Shown here piece by piece: positions 1-10,723 of a stretch of DNA of 50,458 bases; the stretch's first letter is position 1; every line of letters starts with the position of its first letter. Origin of the DNA: Pelomyxa schiedti. Taxonomy: Eukaryota; Protista; Evosea. Location of the stretch: positions 1 to 50,458 of the forward strand of contig JAHLWZ010000911.1 in NCBI GenBank assembly GCA_020536535.1, read 5' to 3'. A program made the position numbers and the translations under genes. The notes beneath the pieces were generated by a model. The model saw nothing but the letters and a program-made list of their open reading frames with translations, was not told where the DNA came from and ran no database searches.

Positions 1-1210
1 TATTTTTTGCCACAGTAAGGTGTGAGAGGAAAAAAATGCCATACATGAGGTCCAAGTCCAACGCAAACGCTAACTGAGTTTTCCCCATTCCCGAACTGCC
101 ATCCAAAATAATGAACGGCATCTCAAGCTCGTCTTCACTAGATCTTTCTGGAATCCCATCATCATCCTGGCACCCCCACTGTCCGCCCTTAATAGCCTCA
201 ATGGCATGTCTCATGTTCCACAAGTTTGTCTCTTTTGTGCTGTTGGCCATTGCCTGTCCAGTTTTGAAGAACTTCATAATAATGTGTTTTGTATCTTGTA
301 CAAGAATACCTGCCAAATAACCATGGGTGCGAGCACATTGAAATCATTATACACACCTTCTATTACTATTGGAGAGCGTAGTTTATTTAGAGTGTTAACC
401 TGATGGAGTATGATGTCTTTCAGAAAAAACGCGGCTGTATCGTTACACACAAGGTCTACCTTTTGGCAGGTGATGGTTTTTTAAAAAAGAGCAAATGTGG
501 TGACCTAGAAAATAAACTCACATTACCAAGCGAAAGTATGTCCCACAAATGCTGATTTGGCTTGGAAATGCCATTAAAGAGATCGAGAAGAACTACTGTA
601 GTGAGTGGAACAGAATTTCCAATATTACTAGGTTTCATGTGCACAAGGAGATTTTGTGGAATGGGGACATGAGCCCCCTCTTTTGAAATCAAGAAGCCAC
701 TGGCACCTGTTCCTAATTCGCCTTGAGAAAAAAAAAAAAAAAAAAAAAAAAACCTTTTGGCAGAGCTGTGGGTTGAAGGTGTTGTGTATTAGGGGGTGTC
801 CCTGATCCTGACACTGGGGCCCCGGCGGAAGCTGGGTCACATGATGCCCGTGGTTGATGCCTTTGGCTCAGTGTTCTGGCGGTGGAAAAGGAGGAGGGTG
901 AGGGTGGCACTTTCTTGGGGCCACTCTCGACGGCACTAGCTCCCACTGGTTTTGTGGGGGTAGCGCAAGTAGTAGCAGTAGCAGTAGTAGTAGTAGAAGT
1001 GGTTGCTGCCGCTGTTGACGGCATCGGAGGGGGAGCCGGCGAGCGCGAGGGGGCACCACCCCCCACACGGCGAGCGCGGCCTCTGCCCGATGCCCCTGTC
1101 GTTGGGGCGCGTTGCGACCCACGGCCTAGTTGCGATGCGGAAGTACGGGGAGGCGTACCCTCGGGCTCCTGGGCGTACCCTCGGAAACGCCCACGCCAAC
1201 GCCCACGCAT
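1..1210 (-). CDS. Crinkler (CRN)-like P-loop NTPase-domain protein with low-complexity N-terminus; spliced, runs off the left edge
   Basis: ATG at 1210 (MRGRWRGRF...). An intron at ~753-713 joins in frame to ORF 456-692. A downstream exon reads MPFIILDGSSGMGKTQLAFAL, with Walker A GSSGMGKT at 100-77. Confidence 0.6.
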
Positions 1211-1260
1211 TTTTTTGTTGTTCTTTGAAATGAGACGCCAAAACATTTTTGGAGATGATT

Positions 1261-2061
1261 TCAGGGCCTGAGTTGGGTGTGTGTTTTGAGGTACTCTGTG
1301 GCGGGGGTGACTGATTGTACCGTCACAGTTGCATTCTGCATGACGACGAATTCACTGAGCCCCACGTGTGTTTTGGAGTCACTAGCCCAATCGTAGGTGT
1401 ATCCAAGCCGGGTCCATGGAAACCTCATTGGGTAGTAGCTGCTGACAATGTTGCTGTTAAACCAGTCCTTGTACCACGCTGTTACGTTTTCAGGGAAGGC
1501 GAGCTGCACTGTGGTGTCATTGATTTCATTGTCCGGTGCTGGGCGAAACAGCTGCTCCGGATTCACCCACATCTCCACAAGGTGTGAGTGGGAAGTGTTG
1601 CCAGGCATCCCGAGCAGCTGTGCCAAACGCAATATGAGGTCAGAATCCGAAGAATCAACAGGAACATTGGTGCGGAAGAATTCCTGAATTTCCGGCACAG
1701 CAGTGACCCATGTGTAGCCCCATTTTACTGTGACGTTTTGGCCAACCGGGAAGCTGTTTGGATGGTTTGTCCACGTTGCAACAAGCACGGCGGAATTCTC
1801 ACCATCAGGGTTCTGCCACATAAGTCTAGTGTTACTTTTTGTGATCGGTGTGAGGCGACTGAAGATTTCAGAATCTTCTGCTACGATGGCGTCCTCTATT
1901 GCAGTGATGTAGCGCCCATCAAGTGCTGTTCCTATGGGAAGTCTCCCCGGTCGTGAATGGGAAATTGTGGGCCAAACAACAAAGGTGCCGACTACAGCGC
2001 ATAATACCACAATGAGAGAAAAGATCGCTACGATGGCCGTGTGGTGCCGAAACATTAGCAT
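1261..2061 (-). CDS. Intronless 266-aa conserved hypothetical protein of prokaryotic type with N-terminal signal anchor
   Basis: Uninterrupted ORF with a hydrophobic N-terminus. Motifs WVT, QLLGMP, EMWVxPxxLFRP, FPWTRLGYTYDW and GLSEF match my recollection of a bacterial/archaeal hypothetical family. Confidence 0.8.
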   Translation of the reverse strand: MLMFRHHTAIVAIFSLIVVLCAVVGTFVVWPTISHSRPGRLPIGTALDGRYITAIEDAIVAEDSEIFSRLTPITKSNTRLMWQNPDGENSAVLVATWTNHPNSFPVGQNVTVKWGYTWVTAVPEIQEFFRTNVPVDSSDSDLILRLAQLLGMPGNTSHSHLVEMWVNPEQLFRPAPDNEINDTTVQLAFPENVTAWYKDWFNSNIVSSYYPMRFPWTRLGYTYDWASDSKTHVGLSEFVVMQNATVTVQSVTPATEYLKTHTQLRP

Positions 2062-2311
2062 TTTGGAAAAAAGATAAAAACCTCAGATACAAGTTGTGTA
2101 CAGATGAAAAACTACTGAACACGTGGCCTTCCTCTTTTTTTATAAGAGAAACCATCACCACCAAACCACCCTCAGTGACATCAATAAAAAGATGCCACTG
2201 AGGCTCTGTGGTTTGTCATGCACAGGTGTGACCTGTCAAGTGTGTCCATTGAAAAGCTGAGATCTGGGTTATATTACTCGTAGTCGTACAATGTGAAGTT
2301 GGTTTTTTTTT

Positions 2312-3991
2312 TTAGCACCGACTTGCCTTGCCACTGGGTTTCTCCAAAGGGGCAGGGAAGGGAACAACCCTAATGTCATTGGCCACGAGAATTGGGTCAG
2401 TTCGTTTCATTGTGAAAAGGACGGTGCCTGTCGTTGAGTCGACGAATTTTTGGTGCATCGCCACAACTGGAAAATGATAGGGAGTGTCGGGGTCATTGTC
2501 TTCATAGATATGTGGGCTCCTAAGGATTACTTTGTTAGGAACCTTGTGCATCAAGACAGAGCTTGTAATCAGAATCCCGCAACCGGCAGTAATGAATGAG
2601 CCGGGTGGGAAGGGAACAACACGGCACGGAGTCATTTGTTGGAGGCCTTCAGAGGATGGCAGTATTGACGGGGATATTGGAGAGGAGGACGCAACTCGAA
2701 GCAGTTCCGAGAGCGGATATATTGAGCTAACTGAGGATATGTGCCTTGTCATGCACAGGTGTGACTCGTCAACTGTGTCCATTGCACAGTCGGTGTCTAA
2801 TTCCAAATTGTTAACCTCATGCAATGTGATCATTCTCCCTGTGTTCAACACCAATGCATTGACCGCATATATGGTCTCCAGAACGAAGCAATATGTACGA
2901 TCAGCCCTGTTGACAAGGGGCTTGGTTATGCTCCTTCCCTCGGTTTCCCTCTCTGTCAGATTGCACACACCAATGACTTGGAGTGGGTCCGCCGACCCAT
3001 AAATGGAGTTCAGGTTGATGTGAGCAACACATAAAATTTCATCGGCACCCTTCTTCTCGATGAAGATTGCCTCCACAACATCAGACTCAAAGTCATACTC
3101 GGTGGAACCAAAGAAACCGAGTGATAGCACAGAATCAAACCACGGATACCGCAGTAAATTCTGTAGCTCAGGCTTGCTGTTTTTCATTCCGTAAACAAAC
3201 AGACCAGAATCCTTGGTTTCAGGTGCGCTTCCAGCAACAACGATCCAGTTTTTGTTGCCGCACGCCTTGAACCCCTCTACTTCAACAGAGTCGGAACTAC
3301 GAAGAGTCATTGGTGCACCAAAGTGGTACATCCCAGCGTTGTCCAGGCCACTCGCCTTTCTCCTCACCAACAGCTCGTTTCCGCCCAACCACCCAATGCA
3401 ATCTGGATCCAGTGACACCCTCACAGGCTCGTGCACAATTCCCAGAGTGGGGCTCACACTGAAAAACAGCTTCTCGTACGCACAGCTGCCACTGGCAATA
3501 CTGATGGGCGTGAATTGCACCAACACCCTCCTCTCGGGCCACATCACCCACCTCTTTCCAATGCAGTCGATCAACACGCTCATCGGCAACATACAGAGGT
3601 AGCAGCAGTCACCGCCGGGATGTCGATGACGGCCAGGAGAGCAGCAGCAAGAAGGGCGACTCGGCACAACCAACTTGACCGGGGGCGACCCAGAGCCTCC
3701 AGAGATTGTGGGTGTTACGGTGGTGGCATTGTCACTACTTTGTAGCGATGACTGCGACGACAACGAGATTCGGGGCCTCTTGGGACGCGTGGGGCGCGGC
3801 GCCGAGGACGAGGACGAGGGCAGTGACGGCGAACTCGTTGGTTTTTTGGCAGGTCCTTGGTCGTGCTTGCCCTTCGTGCTGCTGACGCTTTTGATCGACG
3901 GCTGAAGAGCAAACAACAGTTGGAGCATCTGACTTAGAGCAGTCAGTATGTCACTGAATGTACCTTCGGTGCACTTTTCGCCGAGCTCCAT
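2312..3991 (-). CDS. Intronless 559-aa lineage-specific hypothetical protein ('FSVSPTLG' family)
   Basis: Long open frame with a Ser/Pro-rich N-terminus followed by a beta-rich region. The start codon is uncertain. Confidence 0.7.
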   Translation of the reverse strand: MELGEKCTEGTFSDILTALSQMLQLLFALQPSIKSVSSTKGKHDQGPAKKPTSSPSLPSSSSSAPRPTRPKRPRISLSSQSSLQSSDNATTVTPTISGGSGSPPVKLVVPSRPSCCCSPGRHRHPGGDCCYLCMLPMSVLIDCIGKRWVMWPERRVLVQFTPISIASGSCAYEKLFFSVSPTLGIVHEPVRVSLDPDCIGWLGGNELLVRRKASGLDNAGMYHFGAPMTLRSSDSVEVEGFKACGNKNWIVVAGSAPETKDSGLFVYGMKNSKPELQNLLRYPWFDSVLSLGFFGSTEYDFESDVVEAIFIEKKGADEILCVAHINLNSIYGSADPLQVIGVCNLTERETEGRSITKPLVNRADRTYCFVLETIYAVNALVLNTGRMITLHEVNNLELDTDCAMDTVDESHLCMTRHISSVSSIYPLSELLRVASSSPISPSILPSSEGLQQMTPCRVVPFPPGSFITAGCGILITSSVLMHKVPNKVILRSPHIYEDNDPDTPYHFPVVAMHQKFVDSTTGTVLFTMKRTDPILVANDIRVVPFPAPLEKPSGKASRC

Positions 3992-4221
3992 TCTCTGTCA
4001 CAGGCGATGCTTAGTTTTCGAGCGGTCTTACACGAAAAGATTGTTTTGATTGCAAGTGCAGCAGATATTAATACAGTCCGTCAGTCGAAACGGCATCATC
4101 GAGGGCTGTTAATACAAGCAACAGTAATAGCAGTAGCCCCCTGGATCCACGGCCACCATTTCGCAGCTACGATGACTACCGAAGGGCGGTGGCACAGCGT
4201 GCCGACTTCTTCAGACGCATA

Positions 4222-7200
4222 ATGGCTAGGACGACTCATTCGGACCTGCTTGATGACAGTTTCGAGAGCGTTGTTGTGAGTAGGAACTTTAGGCTAGTGA
4301 GGCACATCAACGAAGGCTCAAATGGTGAGCGACTAGGCATGCGTGCGGGTGTTGTGTTTTGGCAGTTGGCACGGCTTTCTTTATGTTTGCATGTCTATCT
4401 TTCGTCTACTTGGAAAATAGATAGAATTAGGGTGTACTAGTAGATAGATTTTGTAATTGTCTTTAATAAGGAATGGTGTTTGAAGTGAAGTGTACTGGAG
4501 AGGGACACCCTGAGTTCTTCAGGGATCAATCTTATGCACTAAAAGTCCTTTACAACTATGGAGTGGGCACAAATGAGGTACCAAAATTCTATGAGGTGAT
4601 CAAACTACCCACATTATTCTGTTTCATCAACCTTCAATTAAGAATGAGTACCAAGTCTGCTCTACACTTGACCCCCACCCAAATATCAACCAGTATTTCT
4701 GCCACTTCGCAGACAGGCTTCCAACAGAGTATTTCACCAATCTCCCACCTGTTGCCAAGGAACTTGCCTTTGACAAAAAAGGAAGGATGCGTGCATTCCT
4801 TTGTGTTGTACTTGCACATCACTCTGAGACATTGGGACGTTTTCTTAAAAGCCTCAAAACTGTCAATCCTTTTGAAAACACCACGCCATGGTGCATTGTT
4901 CACAAGTATTCAAGAGATATCTGTGCTGGACTTACTCATCTTTTTGTGAACCAAATAATCCACTTCGCTGTGAAGTTGGACAACATTGTGCTCTCCCATG
5001 TGTGTCCAACTTCCCTACCTTCCACAGCTAAAAAAAAAAAAACCAGAACCAGGAGCATGCAATTTTGATCGACCTTGGTTGTGCAATTAGATTTGTGGGG
5101 TCATTTGAGTGTGAGCCAAGGTGTCTCGTAGGAGTAGCAGGGAATCCAAGTCACAGAGCACCTGAGATTCTCAATGCAGCTCACATAACCTCAATATTGA
5201 GTTGTGCTAAGGTAAATAGTATTGACTTTTCTTTCCTACACGTATTGCTATTACAGCAACCATCATTTGAACTTGGATGCATTCTCTTTGAACTTTCAAT
5301 GGGGGGACAACACCCACTTCCAGGTTACCCACTGAAATATAGTTCACATGGATACACTTCATTTTCATTTGACAGTGAGGAACTTTTCCCCATGAAACCA
5401 CCCGCATTTCCAAGGGAATTCTGCCACCTTGTTTGGTCATTGCTTCAGTTTGATCCCCAAAAAAGGATGCCTCTCTTAGACGCATCCAAATTCTTGTCAT
5501 CCCTTACTGAGCCGTCTCCCCTTGAACTCCTGTCGTTTTACACTCATACTTTTCCTCTGAGACATGATGATGCCGGTTTTTGCTACAACCTAGACACCTC
5601 TATCTGGGACACTTAAATTCCAACAGGTACACTGACTTTACAATCAGTGTGTCAGATTTTGTGCGATTACTCCAGAGAATCTTGTGTACGCACTCTCCGC
5701 AGAGCACTGGATATTGAACCCTTATTTTCAACAGCTTTGTTGCTTCTTCATTTTATTGAGAATTGCACTTGTGAAACAGAAGAATGTGTACCCAATAAAG
5801 GAGGGGCCTCATTCACCACCACTGATGTGGAATTTCTAAGAGCCATTGACGAGCAGCACAGAACAACCCTCCCTGAACTTATTTTAAGTGTTCTGTGGAC
5901 CAGTCAAGTATCCTGTGAGTTTAGTGGCATTTACAACAACAGAATTCAGCTCCTTTTGGACAAGGCCACTTCATCAAGGACAGTGACAGGACAACAACAG
6001 ACACCTTCAACCTCCTTGTCATCCATTTTTTTGAGGAAGGTAACATCTTCATATTTGGTTGACAACATGTACAAGCAGATGTGGAGCGAGCATAACACGA
6101 AAGGTAACGGCACTCCCGAAAAACCAAAAAAAAAAAAGAAAAGAATACATTCCTAAAAGGAGATAAGATATCCAGAAACCAAGAAACAACTGTATACTGA
6201 AAGCTCTTTTCTATTTGGAGATGGGAAATATTGACTATAGCCTCCGTCTTGTATCCGAGGCACATTCACTCTTTGAGTTTGACCACAACCATGGTGTGAT
6301 TTTACTCTACTTGCGTACGTTTTTAAATGGCCTCAAATGGTCCAGATGAAAAGCCTTCCTGCTTCTATCTTCCAGCGCTGTTGTATCTTCATTGTGCGTG
6401 TTGTATCAGTGACAACCAAGCAGAACTGCGGAAACACATACCAGATAACCTCACATTGGCTTTCTCTCGTGCCATTTCCTCCTCATTGCAGTCACTGAGA
6501 GATTATTGCCAGGCTGTACTATTGAGTCACAAAGCAGCTGAAAAGGAGGTAGGAGACACTAGCAGAATAGTAGGTGTCACTGAAGAGTGGACTGAGCTTT
6601 TTACCACATTAACAAATCCCCGCTCAGAACAGAGCAAATGGCCATGGGCCTACATTCATTTTGGTGCCTTGTGGGCAACTTGTTGTTTGGAGCTAAATGC
6701 AAGTTACCCTACAGCTTGGATTGAACTGAGTTTAAAACCTCCCACAAGCAGCTTGCTTGATAGTGCAAGTGTACTCTCAAAAATGCAACCAAGACACTGG
6801 TGGTCATCTTCTCTGTACCACCTGGGATCCTGTTATCTATGGGGAATTGGTGTTTACAGGGATACCAGCAAGGCAAAAACACTCTTCCAGAGAGCCAGTG
6901 ATGCCGGAAATGCCAGGGCCAAGATCAATCTTGGAATGTGTTTCCAAACAGGGACTGGAACTGTTGTGGACATCAACAAGGCTGTGCCACTCTTCAAGAT
7001 GGCAGCTGAAGCTGGTGAAGCCATGGCATTGTTCAACATTGGGTGGTGTTACTGTTACGGCTACGGTGTTTCCAGAGACATAAAAAAGGCTGTGGAACTT
7101 TATCAGAGGGCTTCTGAGGCTGGCGTTTCCAGGGCAATATTCAACCTTGCTTTGCTGTATGAGTGTGGTTGCACTGGCGAACTTGCCAGCGACACCAATA

Positions 7201-7427
7201 AGGCTCTGTCACTTTACAAGAGAGCTGCTGATTCTGGTGATAACAGTGCACTACAGAGACTAGAGAATTTTCACCCACGCCACATCGTTGTGGCGGCCAA
7301 AATGTGCCAGCCCACACCTCTGCCGTTAACCTGTACAGCAGATTATCCTCCTAAAAGTGGAGGGTTGGAATTCATTCTAGCTACGTCTACATCCACTTAC
7401 AACTCGTTACAAACTCATGGTACATAA
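4222..7427 (+). CDS. PINK1-like (pseudo)kinase with four C-terminal Sel1-like repeats; multi-exon; 5' end uncertain; may continue into the downstream kinase gene
   Basis: Spliced exons give NEGSNGMVF, YALKVLYNYG, PHPNI, HFAVKLDN, IDLG, GNPSHRAPE and FELGCILFEL. Sel1 repeats (e.g. LFNIGWCYCYGYGVSRDIKKAVELYQRASEAG) lie at ~6810-7260. Confidence 0.8.
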
Positions 7428-7458
7428 CTCTTTTCCAACTTCTACTCACTCAATAAAG

Positions 7459-9802
7459 AGGAACCAGATGGCACTCTGCATATACATGTTTGTAGCAAAG
7501 AGTACCGCACTAATGTTAGAGATGGCTGTTTATCACCCTTACGGTGCTTACGTTCTTCCAGTTTTTTTTTTTCTTAACATAATCTCCTTTTGTCTACAAT
7601 AGATCCACGGGCTATAATTCTGTTTACAAAGTCACACACAATGATAAAATATTTGTGGCGAAACTTATCAAAATATCATCATTATCACCTTGAAGGAAAG
7701 AAGCACAGAAACTTAGTAGAACTACTGGAAGTAGGATGGAACTCTGAATCAATCTGCTTAATAACGGAATAGTGAGTCATTTTAGCCTTTTCAGGTTACA
7801 TTCTTAATCACNNNNNNNNNNNNNNNNNNNNNNNNNNNNNNNNNNNNNNNNNNNNNNNNNNNNNNNNNNNNNNNNNNNNNNNNNNNNNNNNNNNNNNNNN
7901 NNNNNNNNNNNTGAAGGAAAGAAGCACAGAAACTTAGTAGAACTACTGGAAGTAGGATGGAACTCTGAATCAATCTGCTTAATAACGGAATAGTGAGTCA
8001 TTTTAGCCTTTTCAGGTTACATTCTTAATCACGTACTTGCAGCTGTGCTGGGGGTGATCTTCACCACTTCATCCATGTGAATCCTTATATAGAGGAAGAC
8101 ACTGCTGCGGAGATAATATTTCAACTAGTATCTGGGCTTGCATTCTTGCACTCCTGTAATATTTTCCACAGGGACATGAAGGTGCTACTTTGATTCATCA
8201 TCATTACACTACATTCTCACTTTATTACAGCCGGCTAATGTTTTACTGACTGAAGACTATCAGACAGTTAAAATTGCGGTTTTCACCAACGCTTTGAGGG
8301 ACAAATGTAATATCGTCTATAGGACTTTGAAATGTCCAAGATTCTTCAACCTAATTGGTTTGAAACATTATGTGGGAGACCTTGTTACATGGGTACCCAA
8401 CTTGTTCCCTTAATAAATTCTAATGGATTTTAGCACCTGAAGTGTGCGGTGAACACTATGATTCAAAGGCAGACATGTGGGCTCTTGGTGTTATTACATA
8501 CAATCTGTGTGAATGTCTACAACTTTGTTTCACATTAATTTCTCACCACACAGGTTGTATGGTACCGAACCTTTCGAAGGAAAAACTGTGGAAGATATAA
8601 ACAAAAATGTACAGGAATTCAAAATCAAGAGACCACCCATGGGTGTTAGATCAGCAGCGGGTATTCTCCAAATTGCAAGCATAACGTTCCTAATCGACAC
8701 TAAAAAGCAACTGCGTTCACGTTGTCATTACTGGCACCTTATGAAGAAAGACCTGATGCAAAGCTTGCTTTGAATCACCCCTGGCTTTCTAAAGCTGTTT
8801 GTAGAAACTCTTTCTGGAACCTTTTTTATTTTTATAGAAAACCAAACTCCGCATGCTGTATGAACCGAAGGCTACCTCCTATTTCCCAGATCTTCTCACT
8901 TGCTGTGGGCTGCTTGGAACTGGGGGTAACTCTGTTGTATTTCAAGTTACATCCAAAAACATCCCGGGGAAGAAGCTGGCACTCAAAGCCACCCCAATGT
9001 TCCTTGAAGAGAGTGCAGTTATGAATACTAAGATCGGGCATGAAGCACATATTCTCTCACTGGTTGGTTACCACCCTAACATTATACACTTGCTGTCCTC
9101 AGGGTATGGCTCTCTTGGACAGGACTTCCTGGATTGTATTCCCGCAACAAGGGAGTGGTTCGAAGAGGCGTTCAAACGATCATCACCCATTTATCTCTCA
9201 CTCTATGAGAAGTGTGATTTTACCCTTGGCTGTGTACTTCCGCCTGTACTTACTCCGGGTGTTGCTATCTGGTCCCTGCGGCAGTGCTGTCAGGCACTTC
9301 GGCACTTAGAGTATCAGTTCATTGCCCACAGGTAATTCTTCAGAGTAAACTCGGCAGTGCTTCTCACGCCCAAAACAGAGATATCAAGCTGGCAAACATC
9401 ATGTTTAACATGGCCGACAATTCCGTCCGGCTCATTGACTTTGGTTGTGCCACTGAAGTCGGAAGAAGCTGGAAGGTCTTTGTCGACGTTGTTGGGGACC
9501 AACCATGGGGGAACCCACACAGCCTTCCACCAGAGATATGCCAGGCAGTTCAGGCAAGGACGTCCACAACAAGCTCCATCCTGATCGACTATAGCAAGTG
9601 CGACCTGTATGCTGTCGCAATTGCATTCTATGACTTGCTGGGAACCAACCCGGCAATGGAGTACCAGAGCAGTGCAGCCAGGCCCCCACTCCAGCCTGAG
9701 TTCTCATTCCTCAGTGGTGTTCTTGGAAGAATGTCTCTCCCAGCCAAGGATCAGAGACTATCTGTGGACGATGCGCTCAGGGAACTCGGGTCCCTATTGT
9801 GA
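7459..9802 (+). CDS. Tandem protein kinase (CAMK-like domain followed by a second Ser/Thr kinase domain); interrupted by a scaffold gap
   Basis: Kinase 1: VYKV..VAK, HRNLVEL, HRDMKPAN, DFE, CGRPCYMAPE, DMWALGVI, HPWL. Kinase 2: LGTGGNSVV, ALK, HPNII, HRDIKLAN, DFG, PPE, DLYAVA. Introns are GT-AG, about 40-50 nt. Confidence 0.8.
7812..7911. other. Scaffold gap (100 N) flanked by a 121-nt direct duplication (7691-7811 = 7912-8032)
   Basis: Directly visible in the sequence. Confidence 0.95.
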
Positions 9803-10067
9803 ACCCAGAACGCTGCCCACACTTCAGTGGTCATGTGTTTTCTCAGGCCTTCCAAAATAGCTTCTAGTCTTCACCTAACAGATGCATAATCCTACAACAT
9901 TCTTAACCTGCTCACAAGGTGGTGACTTGGGGGAGATTCCCACCAAATGAGCCGGACAGATGTCCTTCAAGACTCTTCCTTGACATCAACAACATCAGAC
10001 GCTTTTTGAGAAAAACTCAAATTTCTCTTTGCGGAATATAAAACCGTCAACAACCTGACTGACCAAG

Positions 10068-10649
10068 GGTGCCATTAACCACCTCTACGGACGTTGGGGC
10101 ACTTCAGGTGCTCGAAGTGAGATCCAGTTCCGGAGTGATGGCACATTTAGTTATGACAGTGGGACGGTGTCGATCCTCCCTCCCTTGTGCCTTGCTGCTT
10201 GACACCAAATCAATTTCAGAGTAGGCAGTTTGCTTATGGCCGCCTTGTAGGAGGAGGNNNNNNNNNNNNNNNNNNNNNNNNNNNNNNNNNNNNNNNNNNN
10301 NNNNNNNNNNNNNNNNNNNNNNNNNNNNNNNNNNNNNNNNNNNNNNNNNNNNNNNNNGATGGCACATTTAGTTATGACAGTGGGACGGTGTCGATCCTCC
10401 CTCCCTTGTGCCTTGCTGCTTGACACCAAATCAATTTCAGAGTAGGCAGTTTGCTTATGGCCGCCTTGTAGGAGGAGGGAGCAAATATGCGCTGTTTGAG
10501 ATGAATGGCGGTGAAGCGCCGCCGATCCACGGTACCTTGTTGTATCTCTCTCTTTCTTGTTGTGGTCACTGTCATCCCAAGACAAAATTACATTCACTCA
10601 CCCTCGGGAGATACTCTTCTTGGGAAGGACATACACCCGGGAAGGATGA
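10068..10649 (+). CDS. 3' exons of a small hypothetical gene or remnant; start not resolved
   Basis: After collapsing the gap duplication, two GT-AG introns join GAINHLYGRWG...FRSDGTFSYDSGT / SRQFAYG...PPIH / DKITFTHPREILFLGRTYTREG* in frame. Confidence 0.35.
10258..10357. other. Scaffold gap (100 N) flanked by a 121-nt direct duplication (10137-10257 = 10358-10478)
   Basis: Directly visible in the sequence. Confidence 0.95.
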
Positions 10650-10723
10650 CACCCATCATAGTTTTTACTTGGTACGCAGAGTGAATGAAAGCTTCAGAAA
10701 TGTTTTTTTGTTTTGTTTTGTTT

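Noticed and set aside
1261-2061. Bacterial contamination of the contig
   Set aside because: The gene is contiguous, with no gap, with an intron-containing gene 50 nt away and has no operon context; read-level confirmation is still needed.
7691-8032. 121-nt direct repeat around an N run, resembling a tandem duplication or element termini
   Set aside because: Both gaps are exactly 100 N with exactly 121-nt identical flanks, typical of k-mer-overlap scaffolding rather than biology.
10137-10478. Second 121-nt direct repeat around an N run
   Set aside because: Same artefact; collapsing it restores a continuous exon-intron structure.
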